Part shown: positions 8,736-17,492 of the stretch, piece by piece | Layout of the letters: every line of letters begins with the position of its first letter | How positions within the stretch are numbered: position 1 is the first letter of the stretch | Source of the DNA: a virus | Taxonomy: Duplodnaviria; Caudoviricetes | DNA length: 54,545 nt | Strand: one strand, 5' to 3' | Virus record (IMG/VR): IMGVR_UViG_3300014508_000071 | Span: 1 to 54,545 of that record | The notes under the pieces: generated by a model | The model's input: only the letters and a program-made list of their open reading frames with translations | The model's database searches: none | What the model was told of the DNA's origin: nothing | Made by a program: the position numbers and the translations under genes

Positions 8736-10630
8736 AACTTAAAGTCAATTAAACGCATCTGTAAATCAACAGATACACATTCTACTTGTACAACGTCTCC
8801 GAGAGTCAATTTGTTACCATCTTGCCCTTCTATTCTGAAGTTTTCTTCATCTAAAGAGTAACCATCTTCATTCAAGACTGCTTGAGGAATAAGTCCTCTA
8901 CACCCTGATTCAGTAAGTTCAACATAGATTCCCCACTTCTTAACATCAGTTAATATGGCTTCAAATTTGTCTCCAATTTTATCACTCATCCATTCAGCTT
9001 GCTTGTAAGCAACTGATTCACGCTGAGCATTTGCTGCATATACTTCTTTCGAAGAACAGTGTTTGCTTTTAGCATCTAGCTTGGAGACTTTAATCTCTCT
9101 TGTTCCAGTTAACTTCTCGTGAAGCAACCTGTGAACCATCATATCTGGATACCTTCTAATTGGTGAAGTAAAGTGAGTGTAGAACTCAAACCCTAAACCA
9201 TAGTGTCCGATATTAAAAGGAGTATAATAAGCCTTACTCATAGTCCTGACCAACAAAGTACTAACCATTGTTTCCTCTGGCATTCCCTTAAGATCATCCA
9301 TAATCTTATTGATGGACTCCTTAGTAGCATCTCCACCGCTTGTGTCTAGTTCATAACCCATCTTGTCCAGAAAGACTTTAACCTCAAACAATTTCTCTTC
9401 CGCTGGTTCATCGTGTGAACGATAAACAGAAGGTCTGTCTGATATAAATTTAGAAACCTTTCTATTCGCCAGTAACATTAAGTCTTCAATCAACTGGTGA
9501 GCATCATGAGCATCATCATATTCGATGTCAATGACTGTGCCTTCTTTGTCAAGAATAAACTTAGGCTGTCTTGAGTGAAACTCTAACGCCTTCTTCTTCA
9601 TTCTTTCCTTACGGAGGTTCTTTGATATCTTATCACAAGTTCTCACCACCTCTGCGGTCTTCTCCTCAAACCCTTCACAACTTCCGTTATCAATCATTTC
9701 TTGCGCCTGAGCATAATTTAACCTAACATTGGATCGAGTTGCTGTTCTAGAAAATTTCTCATTTCTTACTTTTCCTTCTAGAGAGATTTCACACATATAA
9801 GAGAATGTGTACTTATCTTCGTCTGGTCTTAAAGAGCAAACTCCATTAGAAAGACTTCTTGGTAACATAGGAATAACCCTATCCACCAAATAAATTGAAG
9901 TAGCTCTTTGATAAGCTTCTTTATCTAATTCAGAATTAGGTCTCACAAAATGTGTTACATCCGCAATATGGATACCCAGACTAAACCAGCCATTTCCGAT
10001 TGGTTCAAATGAAATTGAGTCATCGAAATCTCGTGCTGTTTCTGGATCAATGGTAAAAGTGAATGTGTCTCTTAAGTCAATTCTGTTCTTTACCTCATTC
10101 TCATCTAATTCCATTGGGATAGCATTGGCTTCCGCTAGAACTTCTTCTGGAAAATCTTCCTGAACATTGAACTTACTTATGATTGATTGAATCTCAGCCT
10201 CATGCTCACCACTCTTTCCAAAGATGTGAACAACTTTACCTTCTGGTCTCCTTTTCTTAGGATTCCATTCAAGAAGTTCTGCTTTAACTCGATCTCCATG
10301 ACTAACGCCATTCTGATACTCTCTTTTAACGTGGAAGTCTGTACCTCCTATGTCAGGGATAAAGAAACAGGTCTTCTGTCTCTTATCTATTGTTCCAACT
10401 ATTGTCTTGTTAGTTCTTTCAAGAACTGCTAAGATTTTAGCGGATAGTGTTGATCGGTTAGGTTGACTGATTAGTTCAACTCGAACCAAATCCTCGTGAA
10501 GAGCTTGTCTTCTGTCTTTTTTGGAAATGTAGAACTTAAATCCGTCCTCACTTTTAAACAATCCTGACCCGTTACCATTTTTATGGTAAAAAGTTCCTTC
10601 TATTACATCTCCATCAAAAAATTCTTTCAT
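8732..10630 (-). CDS. rnr: ribonuclease R (RNB family)
   Basis: TIDPETARDFDDS, HIADVTHFV, GHYGLG-YTHFTSPIRRYPD, C-terminal S1 domain. Confidence 0.93.
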   Translation of the reverse strand: MKEFFDGDVIEGTFYHKNGNGSGLFKSEDGFKFYISKKDRRQALHEDLVRVELISQPNRSTLSAKILAVLERTNKTIVGTIDKRQKTCFFIPDIGGTDFHVKREYQNGVSHGDRVKAELLEWNPKKRRPEGKVVHIFGKSGEHEAEIQSIISKFNVQEDFPEEVLAEANAIPMELDENEVKNRIDLRDTFTFTIDPETARDFDDSISFEPIGNGWFSLGIHIADVTHFVRPNSELDKEAYQRATSIYLVDRVIPMLPRSLSNGVCSLRPDEDKYTFSYMCEISLEGKVRNEKFSRTATRSNVRLNYAQAQEMIDNGSCEGFEEKTAEVVRTCDKISKNLRKERMKKKALEFHSRQPKFILDKEGTVIDIEYDDAHDAHQLIEDLMLLANRKVSKFISDRPSVYRSHDEPAEEKLFEVKVFLDKMGYELDTSGGDATKESINKIMDDLKGMPEETMVSTLLVRTMSKAYYTPFNIGHYGLGFEFYTHFTSPIRRYPDMMVHRLLHEKLTGTREIKVSKLDAKSKHCSSKEVYAANAQRESVAYKQAEWMSDKIGDKFEAILTDVKKWGIYVELTESGCRGLIPQAVLNEDGYSLDEENFRIEGQDGNKLTLGDVVQVECVSVDLQMRLIDFKL

Positions 10631-10631
10631 T

Positions 10632-11273
10632 TTATTTCTTTTCTTGGGCTTTTCTTAAAAGCCTAATGACATCCCAAGCGTCTGACAAGGCAATGTGAGC
10701 AACTTGCCCATCTATTCCTGCTCTTGTTTTACAGACACTCATATCTGGTAACTCTCTATCTTGTCCCCAATTTACAAAGTAATGAGCTGGCTCTATACCT
10801 CTTTTTTGCATTTTAATGTATTGATCAAAGGTTGGGAATTTTCCTAAAAACAATCTATCAAATACATCAAACGATTTTCCTGCTACCGTAACATTTATTT
10901 GCGGGGCATTGGCAGTCCATAACTTTGACTGCTCTGTGTATCCAAAGTAGTGTTGTATAAGGAAGTTATAAACATTGGGAATTAACTCCTTTGGTTCAAT
11001 AATCTTATTCTTTTGCTTAAAGACTTTCTTCTTCTGAGCTTCAGCGTTTGGAATTCTATGATAATCCGATAGAGTCTTAATGATTCTAGCATTCATATCT
11101 AAAGCAACGGGGTGACCTTTGATTTCCGAGTGATTAATTAAACAGGAAAATTTTGGAATATCGTCATAAGAGAGCTTTCTATCAGTGTTTTCTACTATGG
11201 CTCCGAACTCTAATATTGAATCTCTGTTATGGCTTACACCAGTTGTTTCTAAATCTATCGATACGTACTTAAT
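10632..11273 (-). CDS. DEDDh 3'-5' exonuclease (DnaQ-like), probable non-ATG (ATT) start
   Basis: frame of the tracked ORF stays open upstream to IKYVSIDLETTG (ExoI); GKSFDVFD (ExoII); HIALSDA (ExoIII). Confidence 0.8.
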   Translation of the reverse strand: MKYVSIDLETTGVSHNRDSILEFGAIVENTDRKLSYDDIPKFSCLINHSEIKGHPVALDMNARIIKTLSDYHRIPNAEAQKKKVFKQKNKIIEPKELIPNVYNFLIQHYFGYTEQSKLWTANAPQINVTVAGKSFDVFDRLFLGKFPTFDQYIKMQKRGIEPAHYFVNWGQDRELPDMSVCKTRAGIDGQVAHIALSDAWDVIRLLRKAQEKK

Positions 11274-11285
11274 GATTTCTAATTT

Positions 11286-12314
11286 TTAATTTATAATTGT
11301 GTATTGACCGTTTTTAATCTCTACGTTAGTTAGCACAAAACTACTATTAATTGCTTGAACAAACAAATCGAATGCCTCCTTTTTTTCTAAGACCACGACT
11401 TCAACTGGTTTTACATTCTTGTTCACCCATTGAATTTTATCCCACTGATTTCCTCCATCTTTCCCAATTTCTTCTTTACTCCTTACAAGGGTAAATTCGC
11501 TTTTTATTTCTATAAAAGTGTTTTCATACTCAAAGTCTGGAGTATACCATCCTACAGGGGTTTTTATTTTCTTCTTATTCGGTAAAGGTAACGGTAGATT
11601 TTTGTTAATTTTATCTTGAAGATAAGCTACTTCATATGAGCCAAGAACATTGCCAATTTTTGTTTTAAAAGTTCTTGATTTCCCGATCACTGGAGTTCTT
11701 TCTGGAGAACCCCAAGACTCTCTACTTGCTTTTGATATTTTTTGTTTACTTGAAAGAGAGTGAGTTTTTCCAGAAAAACCATGAACAGCTCCATAAATTT
11801 GTCTTAACTCTTTACAAATTTCGCTTTTTGTCAATTTTGGAACACCCCATTTTTCTAACCAATATGAAATAGAGTTATCACTCCTATTAAATAGCCCTCC
11901 TATATATTTAGCCCCTCTTTGTTTTTTTGAGTAGAGGAATATTATTTCTTTTTTTTCCTCTTTAGAAGGCTCTCCTTTTTTTGAAAACTTTGAAGTTCTT
12001 AACTCTAAATCATTATTTTTCAAAACTTTTTTTACTGTATCCTCATGAATACTAAGTTCATTAGAAATCTCCTTAAGGTCTTTGCCCTCCTTTACATAAA
12101 GTTCTATAATTTTAGATGAACTATATTTTTTATCCCTAGAATTAGAAGAGTCATATTTTTTATTTCTTAGAGTTAAATTTGATTTTGATACCCATTTTTT
12201 TACAGTTGCGGGTGTAACTTTTAAGTCCTTTGATATCCTATAAAAAGATTGACCTAACTTATATCTCTCTACAATTTCCCTTCTTGTATTTTCATTAATT
12301 CTTTTTGAACTCAT
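11286..12314 (-). CDS. putative homing endonuclease: tandem HTH + NUMOD3-like + PD-(D/E)XK nuclease
   Basis: HTH-like repeats, HSLSSKQKIS, YTPDF...FIEIKS; very AT/Lys-rich. Confidence 0.75.
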   Translation of the reverse strand: MSSKRINENTRREIVERYKLGQSFYRISKDLKVTPATVKKWVSKSNLTLRNKKYDSSNSRDKKYSSSKIIELYVKEGKDLKEISNELSIHEDTVKKVLKNNDLELRTSKFSKKGEPSKEEKKEIIFLYSKKQRGAKYIGGLFNRSDNSISYWLEKWGVPKLTKSEICKELRQIYGAVHGFSGKTHSLSSKQKISKASRESWGSPERTPVIGKSRTFKTKIGNVLGSYEVAYLQDKINKNLPLPLPNKKKIKTPVGWYTPDFEYENTFIEIKSEFTLVRSKEEIGKDGGNQWDKIQWVNKNVKPVEVVVLEKKEAFDLFVQAINSSFVLTNVEIKNGQYTIIN

Positions 12315-12335
12315 AGTATATTTTTACTATAAGTA

Positions 12336-12377
12336 TTAAAGAATTAATGTCTCAAGGTCTATCGATACGTATTTCAT
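12336..12377 (-). pseudogene. orphaned original 5' end of the exonuclease gene (MKYVSIDLETLIL*)
   Basis: ATG follows the TATCTTTG promoter at 12401-12408; 9 residues match the downstream copy. Confidence 0.75.
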
Positions 12378-12416
12378 CGTCTTCTAAATTTAGTTTGAGA
12401 CAAAGATACGCATTTT

Positions 12417-13052
12417 TTATCTATTCTCTACCTTTACGTCAATTTTCATTGTCAGTGATGAGTTTTCTAAACGACCAATTTTTGACATTCGGTCATATGA
12501 AATAGTCTTAATTTCTTCAGACCCAAGCTCTTCGTCATGACCCTCTGTTTTAAGGTGGGAATTAATAGAGAATTTTGCTTTGACATAATCTGTGTCTAAT
12601 AAGTCTTTTTTGGCTAAAAAGTTTTCTACTTGTCTTATAGCTAAACACCTTGCTATTAAACAACACATTTCAGCTTCCATATCTATCTCTGGGAGGAAAA
12701 AAACTGTTGGATATAGAGTTGCTGAAATCATAATATCAGTCTCTTCAATAAGAGACTCAAGATTAATCATAGCTATAGCTTCTCTAGGAGATATTTCCAG
12801 CTCTTTCACTTTCTCTTCATTATATCTACAAATATATTTTAAGGCATCTCCTGAATTTATTTCTCCGTAAACTCTTCTTAAGATAGGAAGAATAACACAT
12901 TTAGCTCTTTGTGAAAAATGACCCTCTTCTTTCTTATCCATTCGTTTAGTTAGATTTTCAAAAGCATGAGCTAGTCGAATTTTTTCGTCTTCTTGAAGAC
13001 CCTCTAACAAACCAGTTTGATCCCATTTTTTATATACAGATAATTTTTTCAT
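12417..13052 (-). CDS. hypothetical protein with N-terminus resembling T4-like major capsid protein N-terminus
   Basis: KKWDQTGLLEGL...FEN...ILPILRRVY; resemblance from memory of gp23-like proteins. Confidence 0.5.
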   Translation of the reverse strand: MKKLSVYKKWDQTGLLEGLQEDEKIRLAHAFENLTKRMDKKEEGHFSQRAKCVILPILRRVYGEINSGDALKYICRYNEEKVKELEISPREAIAMINLESLIEETDIMISATLYPTVFFLPEIDMEAEMCCLIARCLAIRQVENFLAKKDLLDTDYVKAKFSINSHLKTEGHDEELGSEEIKTISYDRMSKIGRLENSSLTMKIDVKVENR

Positions 13053-13199
13053 TTTTTTCTATTTCTTTTATCAAAAAACCAATCTTGCAAAAATAGCAAA
13101 AGTTGGCAAGTACACATTACCGTAAAAACAACCCACCAATCAAACATCAAACACAACAAAGATACGGCAAAAAATATTGTTGCAAGAAATCTTCTAATC

Positions 13200-13823
13200 T
13201 CAGGAGGCATCTTGATATATTTTTAAATAAAAACGAATCATTGCTTCCGCTCCATATCTCCAAGTCACATCATTGTTTGCCTCCTTGTTAATACACACTG
13301 CATTATAGATCGAGAAACGTTGACGGACTCTAAAGCAATCTTCAGCATCGTCATCAACCAATAAATGAATTCCAAGCTCATGAATCATATCTGATTTCCA
13401 AGCACGGTTGGTGAAGTGAACTTTATCATGCTCCAGACCTAATTCATCTGCAACCTCATAAACCTTCTGATACTCTAATTTCTCTAATTGACTTCCAGCG
13501 CCTTCGAAATCTTTAGCAAATCTTCTGGTAATAATCCTGACATCAAAACCTCTTTCTTTTAATTCCAACAAAAACTCTCTGACTGCTTTATAATCAGCAG
13601 ATGGTCTTCCGAAGAAATCTGTCTCTGAAAGTGTTCCGTCAAAATCGAATCCAACTTTCACCATTGTACTAGCAATCTCCTCACTTGTTAATTGTGAAAA
13701 TAACACAGCTTCTTTTAAAGCGTCTATTCTGGCTTGAAGTTCTTTTTTATCTACCTGTACGTTACCGCCCTTGAAGTTAGCTACTTTTGGAAAGGCTGGA
13801 TTTTGGTTTTTTTTACCGCTCAT
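13200..13823 (-). CDS. HAD-superfamily phosphatase
   Basis: GFDFDGTL, IITRR, K, LLVDDD motifs. Confidence 0.75.
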   Translation of the reverse strand: MSGKKNQNPAFPKVANFKGGNVQVDKKELQARIDALKEAVLFSQLTSEEIASTMVKVGFDFDGTLSETDFFGRPSADYKAVREFLLELKERGFDVRIITRRFAKDFEGAGSQLEKLEYQKVYEVADELGLEHDKVHFTNRAWKSDMIHELGIHLLVDDDAEDCFRVRQRFSIYNAVCINKEANNDVTWRYGAEAMIRFYLKIYQDAS

Positions 13824-13875
13824 GGAAACAAAGTCTTAGTTTTTACGTTATAATAATGTAACAAGATACGAAACC

Positions 13876-14304
13876 ATGAGCGAAGAATCAAGTGTAGCAC
13901 CAGAATTTGCAGTTAAACCTATGACTCTTGAGAGAGTTCATAACATTCTCAGTAAACTTAAATCAGCTCCGAGCGGAATTCAAATGTCTACGGACAAGGA
14001 TTATCGGTTCGAAGTAGTCGAGATAAATCACGAGAATGAAACAGTAGATGGATTCTTAGTCCGTTGTGGATTTATTCGTCCCGATACTAACTCTGGAGAA
14101 ATGGGTGAAGGGTTTGGAAGATGGAATCACCTTCCAAGAAATGCATCAGTCAAAGCAGTTATTATGACGGCTTATGTCTCAATCAAACTTGTTGTTGAGC
14201 ATGAAATGTTAGAAGCATTCGAATATCAAAATGAAAAACTCTTTAATCCACATAAAACCTTAGAAGAATTAGCATATCCAAAAAAGGTAAGTTCTGATTT
14301 ATAA
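13876..14304 (+). CDS. hypothetical phage protein
   Basis: 142-aa ORF after a GAAACA-N15-CGT motif. Confidence 0.7.
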   Translation: MSEESSVAPEFAVKPMTLERVHNILSKLKSAPSGIQMSTDKDYRFEVVEINHENETVDGFLVRCGFIRPDTNSGEMGEGFGRWNHLPRNASVKAVIMTAYVSIKLVVEHEMLEAFEYQNEKLFNPHKTLEELAYPKKVSSDL

Positions 14305-14363
14305 AAACTTTTAATACTTATTGATGGAGGCTTTTGAATTAATGGAAGTTAAAATTAATAAGT

Positions 14364-15167
14364 ATGGAAAAGAAGTTTTATGTTTATGTATATCTCGACC
14401 CTAGAAAAAAAGGAAGGTTTACATATGAAGATTTAGATTTTTGTTTTCTTTTTGAACCTTTTTATGTTGGTAAAGGTACTGGTCTAAGATATAAAAGACA
14501 TTTATATGATTGTGAAAGATTTAGTAACAACCATAAGTCTTCTAAGATTGAAAAGATTAGAAATGAAGGGCATGAGCCTTTTATCACAATATTAAAAGAT
14601 AATTTATCGGAAAAAAAATCTTTCCAAATTGAAAGCAAAGTGATATCTTCTATAGGTAGAAGTTCTACTAAAGAAGGTAGTTTGACAAACTTCACTCTTG
14701 GAGGTGAGGGTTCTTCTGGAAGGAGAATGTTAAAAGAAACTAAAGAAAAAATAAGAAAAAAAGCTTTAGGGAGAAAACACTCCAAAGAAACTAAGGCTAA
14801 AATGAAAAAAAATAATACTGGAAGGAGGAATCCCAATTTTGGTAATAAGGAAGATAAAAGTTGTTGGTACGGTAAAAAACATTCCGAAGAATCGAAAGAA
14901 AAGATGAGTAAGAATGGAAAAGGAATTTCTAGGAAAAGAGAGTCAGGGAATAGATTGAAAAAAGAAACCAAAGAAAAAATTGGAATTTCTAATTCCAAAT
15001 CAGTTACTATTATTAAAGAAAATGGTGAAAAAATAATTTTCTCAAAAATGACTGATGCAATTAAATTTTCTGGATTAAAAAGCTCTCAAATCAATAAGTT
15101 AATTGAGAGTGGTGAGTTAAGTAAAAGAAAAAAATATAAATTCATAAAATGTCAGATCAAAGGGTAA
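14364..15167 (+). CDS. GIY-YIG homing endonuclease with NUMOD3 repeats
   Basis: FYVYVYLDPR...PFYVGKG..R, LTNFTLGGEG, HSKETKAKM and HSEESKEKMS. Confidence 0.85.
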   Translation: MEKKFYVYVYLDPRKKGRFTYEDLDFCFLFEPFYVGKGTGLRYKRHLYDCERFSNNHKSSKIEKIRNEGHEPFITILKDNLSEKKSFQIESKVISSIGRSSTKEGSLTNFTLGGEGSSGRRMLKETKEKIRKKALGRKHSKETKAKMKKNNTGRRNPNFGNKEDKSCWYGKKHSEESKEKMSKNGKGISRKRESGNRLKKETKEKIGISNSKSVTIIKENGEKIIFSKMTDAIKFSGLKSSQINKLIESGELSKRKKYKFIKCQIKG

Positions 15168-15523
15168 CAAGAAAAACAGCAGAACTTGCTAAAGAAAAAG
15201 ATTTTAACGAAAGCACTTATGCTCATTGTTGGGTAAAGACTTTGGATGGAGAAATTATACACAACTCCGAAAGAAGAGATATTCCTGAACATGACAGAAG
15301 TAAAACTCACACCCTTCAACCTACGCAAACTCATTTACAAAAATGGTTGAGAGAGAAACACGGGATTGATATGACCCCGTTTCCTGAAGGAACAGGAGAT
15401 AATAAGACTTATAGCGTGGAGATAGGGGGTGACATTATTTCAAAAACTGTTCCCACAAACCTTAAATCTTTTGAAGAAGCTTTTGAAATAGGTCTACAAG
15501 AAGCTCTGGGGTTGATTTACTAA
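15149..15523 (+). CDS. hypothetical phage protein
   Basis: TAELAKEKDF...PTQTHLQKWLREKH...FEEAFEIGLQEAL. Confidence 0.7.
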   Translation: MSDQRVTRKTAELAKEKDFNESTYAHCWVKTLDGEIIHNSERRDIPEHDRSKTHTLQPTQTHLQKWLREKHGIDMTPFPEGTGDNKTYSVEIGGDIISKTVPTNLKSFEEAFEIGLQEALGLIY

Positions 15524-15533
15524 TAAATGAAAA

Positions 15534-15755
15534 ATGATAGAGGAAGAAGAGATAATTAAAATCGTAAAAGACAATATCAAAAGCAGTTCACGTTCCATTC
15601 ATAAACGTGACTTGAAACCAAAAAAATTAATCGAATCCCTTGATAATCAATTTATTTTCTTATCTTTGGACGGTGAAACGATGAGTTATCGACAAGTTTA
15701 TGTTGGAGTTCAGAACTTAATAACCAATAATTTACTAGGAGAGTCGGGTTATTAG
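15534..15755 (+). CDS. hypothetical protein
   Basis: 73-aa ORF. Confidence 0.55.
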   Translation: MIEEEEIIKIVKDNIKSSSRSIHKRDLKPKKLIESLDNQFIFLSLDGETMSYRQVYVGVQNLITNNLLGESGY

Positions 15756-15773
15756 GCATCTTTATAAAAAACA

Positions 15774-16085
15774 ATGGCTAATCAGAAAGACATACAAAGG
15801 GATTTAATCCCAATATGCTGTCAGTTCTTCGGAATTGAAGCTGAACTTTTCCTTTCCAAAAGAAAGCCAAAGGAAGTTGTCCGTGCCAGACGTTTTGTTA
15901 TGGCTTGCCTAAAAGATGATGGAAAAAATTTAGATGACTCCCAAGTAGGAGATATCATCAACAGACACAGAACTACAGTCATCCACAATTTAAAGAAACA
16001 CGAAAGTTTCAAGGAGTTATATCCTGACTATAGAGATGATTATACAGAATTTAGGAATTTCATCAATGAAAATTTTGTATTTTAA
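15774..16085 (+). CDS. stand-alone DnaA domain IV-like HTH protein
   Basis: SKRKPKEVVRARRFVM...VGDIINRHRTTVIH resembles DnaA C-terminal IG..F.RDHTTV.H. Confidence 0.7.
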   Translation: MANQKDIQRDLIPICCQFFGIEAELFLSKRKPKEVVRARRFVMACLKDDGKNLDDSQVGDIINRHRTTVIHNLKKHESFKELYPDYRDDYTEFRNFINENFVF

Positions 16086-16107
16086 AAAATAGTTGTATAT
16101 TTACAAC

Positions 16108-16350
16108 TGTAAAGCTCGCTATTATTTATTAGCGGATCATTACCGAACGAGGGTTCGCTACCCTCCGACTCCACCAAGGAAACAATGGTTTCCAACTATA
16201 AAATGGGGTCGAACGGATTTGACGGGATGAAGAAGTTAACGAAGAGAGTTTACACGTCTATAAACGACAACACAATTAACACAATTGCTGCTACTTTCAC
16301 TCCAGCGAGTGCCGTAGCGCAGCCTGTTGCTCTTGCAGCCTAACAGGTAC
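16108..16350 (+). ncRNA. ssrA: circularly permuted two-piece tmRNA
   Basis: acceptor piece first (T-arm GAGGG-TTCGCTA-CCCTC, CGACTCC-A-CCA ending 16176); 28-nt spacer; coding piece from GGGGTCG at 16205 with G3.U70; tag GAC(16266)..TAA(16343) = DNTINTIAATFTPASAVAQPVALAA*; outer ends approximate. Confidence 0.93.
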
Positions 16351-16359
16351 GAAAAAAAG

Positions 16360-16388
16360 AAAGGGAAGTCTCAGATTTCCCTTTTTTT
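16360..16388 (+). terminator. intrinsic terminator after tmRNA
   Basis: AAAGGGAAGTC-TCA-GATTTCCCTTT plus T run. Confidence 0.85.
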
Positions 16389-16418
16389 ATGCCCTAAAAA
16401 ATAAAGTTGTCAACAGCT

Positions 16419-16442
16419 GCAACATTTCTCTTAAAATTACGT
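16419..16442 (+). promoter_or_regulatory. recurrent G(T/A/C)AAC(A/T)-N15/16-CGT promoter-like motif
   Basis: also at 3192-3215(-), 13825-13848(+), 41510-41534(-), 41967-41990(-), 45439-45462(-), 53714-53738(-), each just upstream of an ATG or transcript. Confidence 0.65.
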
Positions 16443-16481
16443 ATAATACCTGTAACACACTAATTTTAAAACAAACAACAC

Positions 16482-17453
16482 ATGAGGCAATTAAAGATTT
16501 CCGCACAAATTACAAACAGAGAAACAAAATCGTTTGAAAAGTACCTAACAGAAGTTTCTCAAGTTGGGGACACTATTACAGCGGCAGAGGAAGTCGAACT
16601 CGCCATCATTATCCAAACATCAAAAGACCCAAAAGCAGTTGAAAAAGCTGTTAAAAAATTATGTAGAGCTAATCTGCGTTTCGTTATTTCTGTTTCCAAA
16701 CAATACCAAGGACAAGGAATGCCTTTGGGTGAAATTGTTAATGAAGGTAATCTTGGAATGATCAAAGCGGCTTATAAATTCGATCATTCGAGAGGTTTTA
16801 AATTCATTTCTTATGCGGTATGGTGGATACGCCAATCTATCCTGCAAGCAATTGCCGAGACAGGTCGTCCAATCAGACTTCCTTTAAACAAAATTACAGA
16901 ACTCAATAAGGTCAAGAAGATTCTGAATTCAATAGAACAACATCTTGGTAGACCTGCTACCATTTCAGAGATTATTCGTGCTTATGCTAGAAACGAAATG
17001 GTCAGTAGCTTTAAAAAGCAAGGAATTTTATTATCGCCAACTGAAGAAGAAATTACCGTTGCAGTTGACTCTAGAGATTGGAAGTCTCTCACTGATCTAA
17101 TCGAAAGACAATCAAAAAGAATCAGCAGTTTAGATGAGTTCGCAAACGATGAAGATCAAAGCGCAACTATCGGAGACTTAATGGCATCGGGAGGATTCGA
17201 GGAATTAAAGTCTGAATTAAATCAGGCTGATTTGAAAATCATCTTAGAAGGAGTTATGAACAAGCTTCCCGAAAGAGAGCGTTACGTTTTAACAAACTGT
17301 TTCGGTATCGGTGGAACAGAACAAAAGTCTCTAGAAGAGATTGGGTTTAGGTTAGAGCTGACAAAAGAAAGAGTTCGTCAAGTTAGAGAAAAAGGCTTGA
17401 GAAGAATGAGAGTCTTGGATAAATCAGGTCAACTTACTCAGTTTATGAATTGA
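16482..17453 (+). CDS. RNA polymerase sigma-70 factor (Bacteroidota RpoD/SigA-like)
   Basis: ANLRFVISVSKQYQ, NEGNLGMIKAA, GFKFISYAVWWIRQSI, region 4 LTKERVRQ. Confidence 0.93.
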   Translation: MRQLKISAQITNRETKSFEKYLTEVSQVGDTITAAEEVELAIIIQTSKDPKAVEKAVKKLCRANLRFVISVSKQYQGQGMPLGEIVNEGNLGMIKAAYKFDHSRGFKFISYAVWWIRQSILQAIAETGRPIRLPLNKITELNKVKKILNSIEQHLGRPATISEIIRAYARNEMVSSFKKQGILLSPTEEEITVAVDSRDWKSLTDLIERQSKRISSLDEFANDEDQSATIGDLMASGGFEELKSELNQADLKIILEGVMNKLPERERYVLTNCFGIGGTEQKSLEEIGFRLELTKERVRQVREKGLRRMRVLDKSGQLTQFMN

Positions 17454-17492
17454 GTTTTGCTTCTAAAGAAATAATACTTATCTTTGAGGCAC

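Larger units (their letters stand above)
11244..12377 (-). mobile_element. endonuclease insertion flanked by duplicated exonuclease 5' end
   Basis: KYVSIDLET is encoded at both 12348-12374 and 11244-11270, with synonymous differences. Confidence 0.7.

Noticed and set aside
11274-12347. Group I intron as the explanation for the split exonuclease
   Set aside because: The non-coding flanks are only tens of bases, too short for a ribozyme core, and the exon-1 codons are duplicated downstream. Only RT-PCR would exclude it formally.
14462-14998. 178-aa hydrophobic minus-strand ORF and similar antisense ORFs (e.g. 18796..19104, 33103..33486, 49118..49441)
   Set aside because: They are shadows of well-supported genes on the opposite strand and have no motifs of their own.
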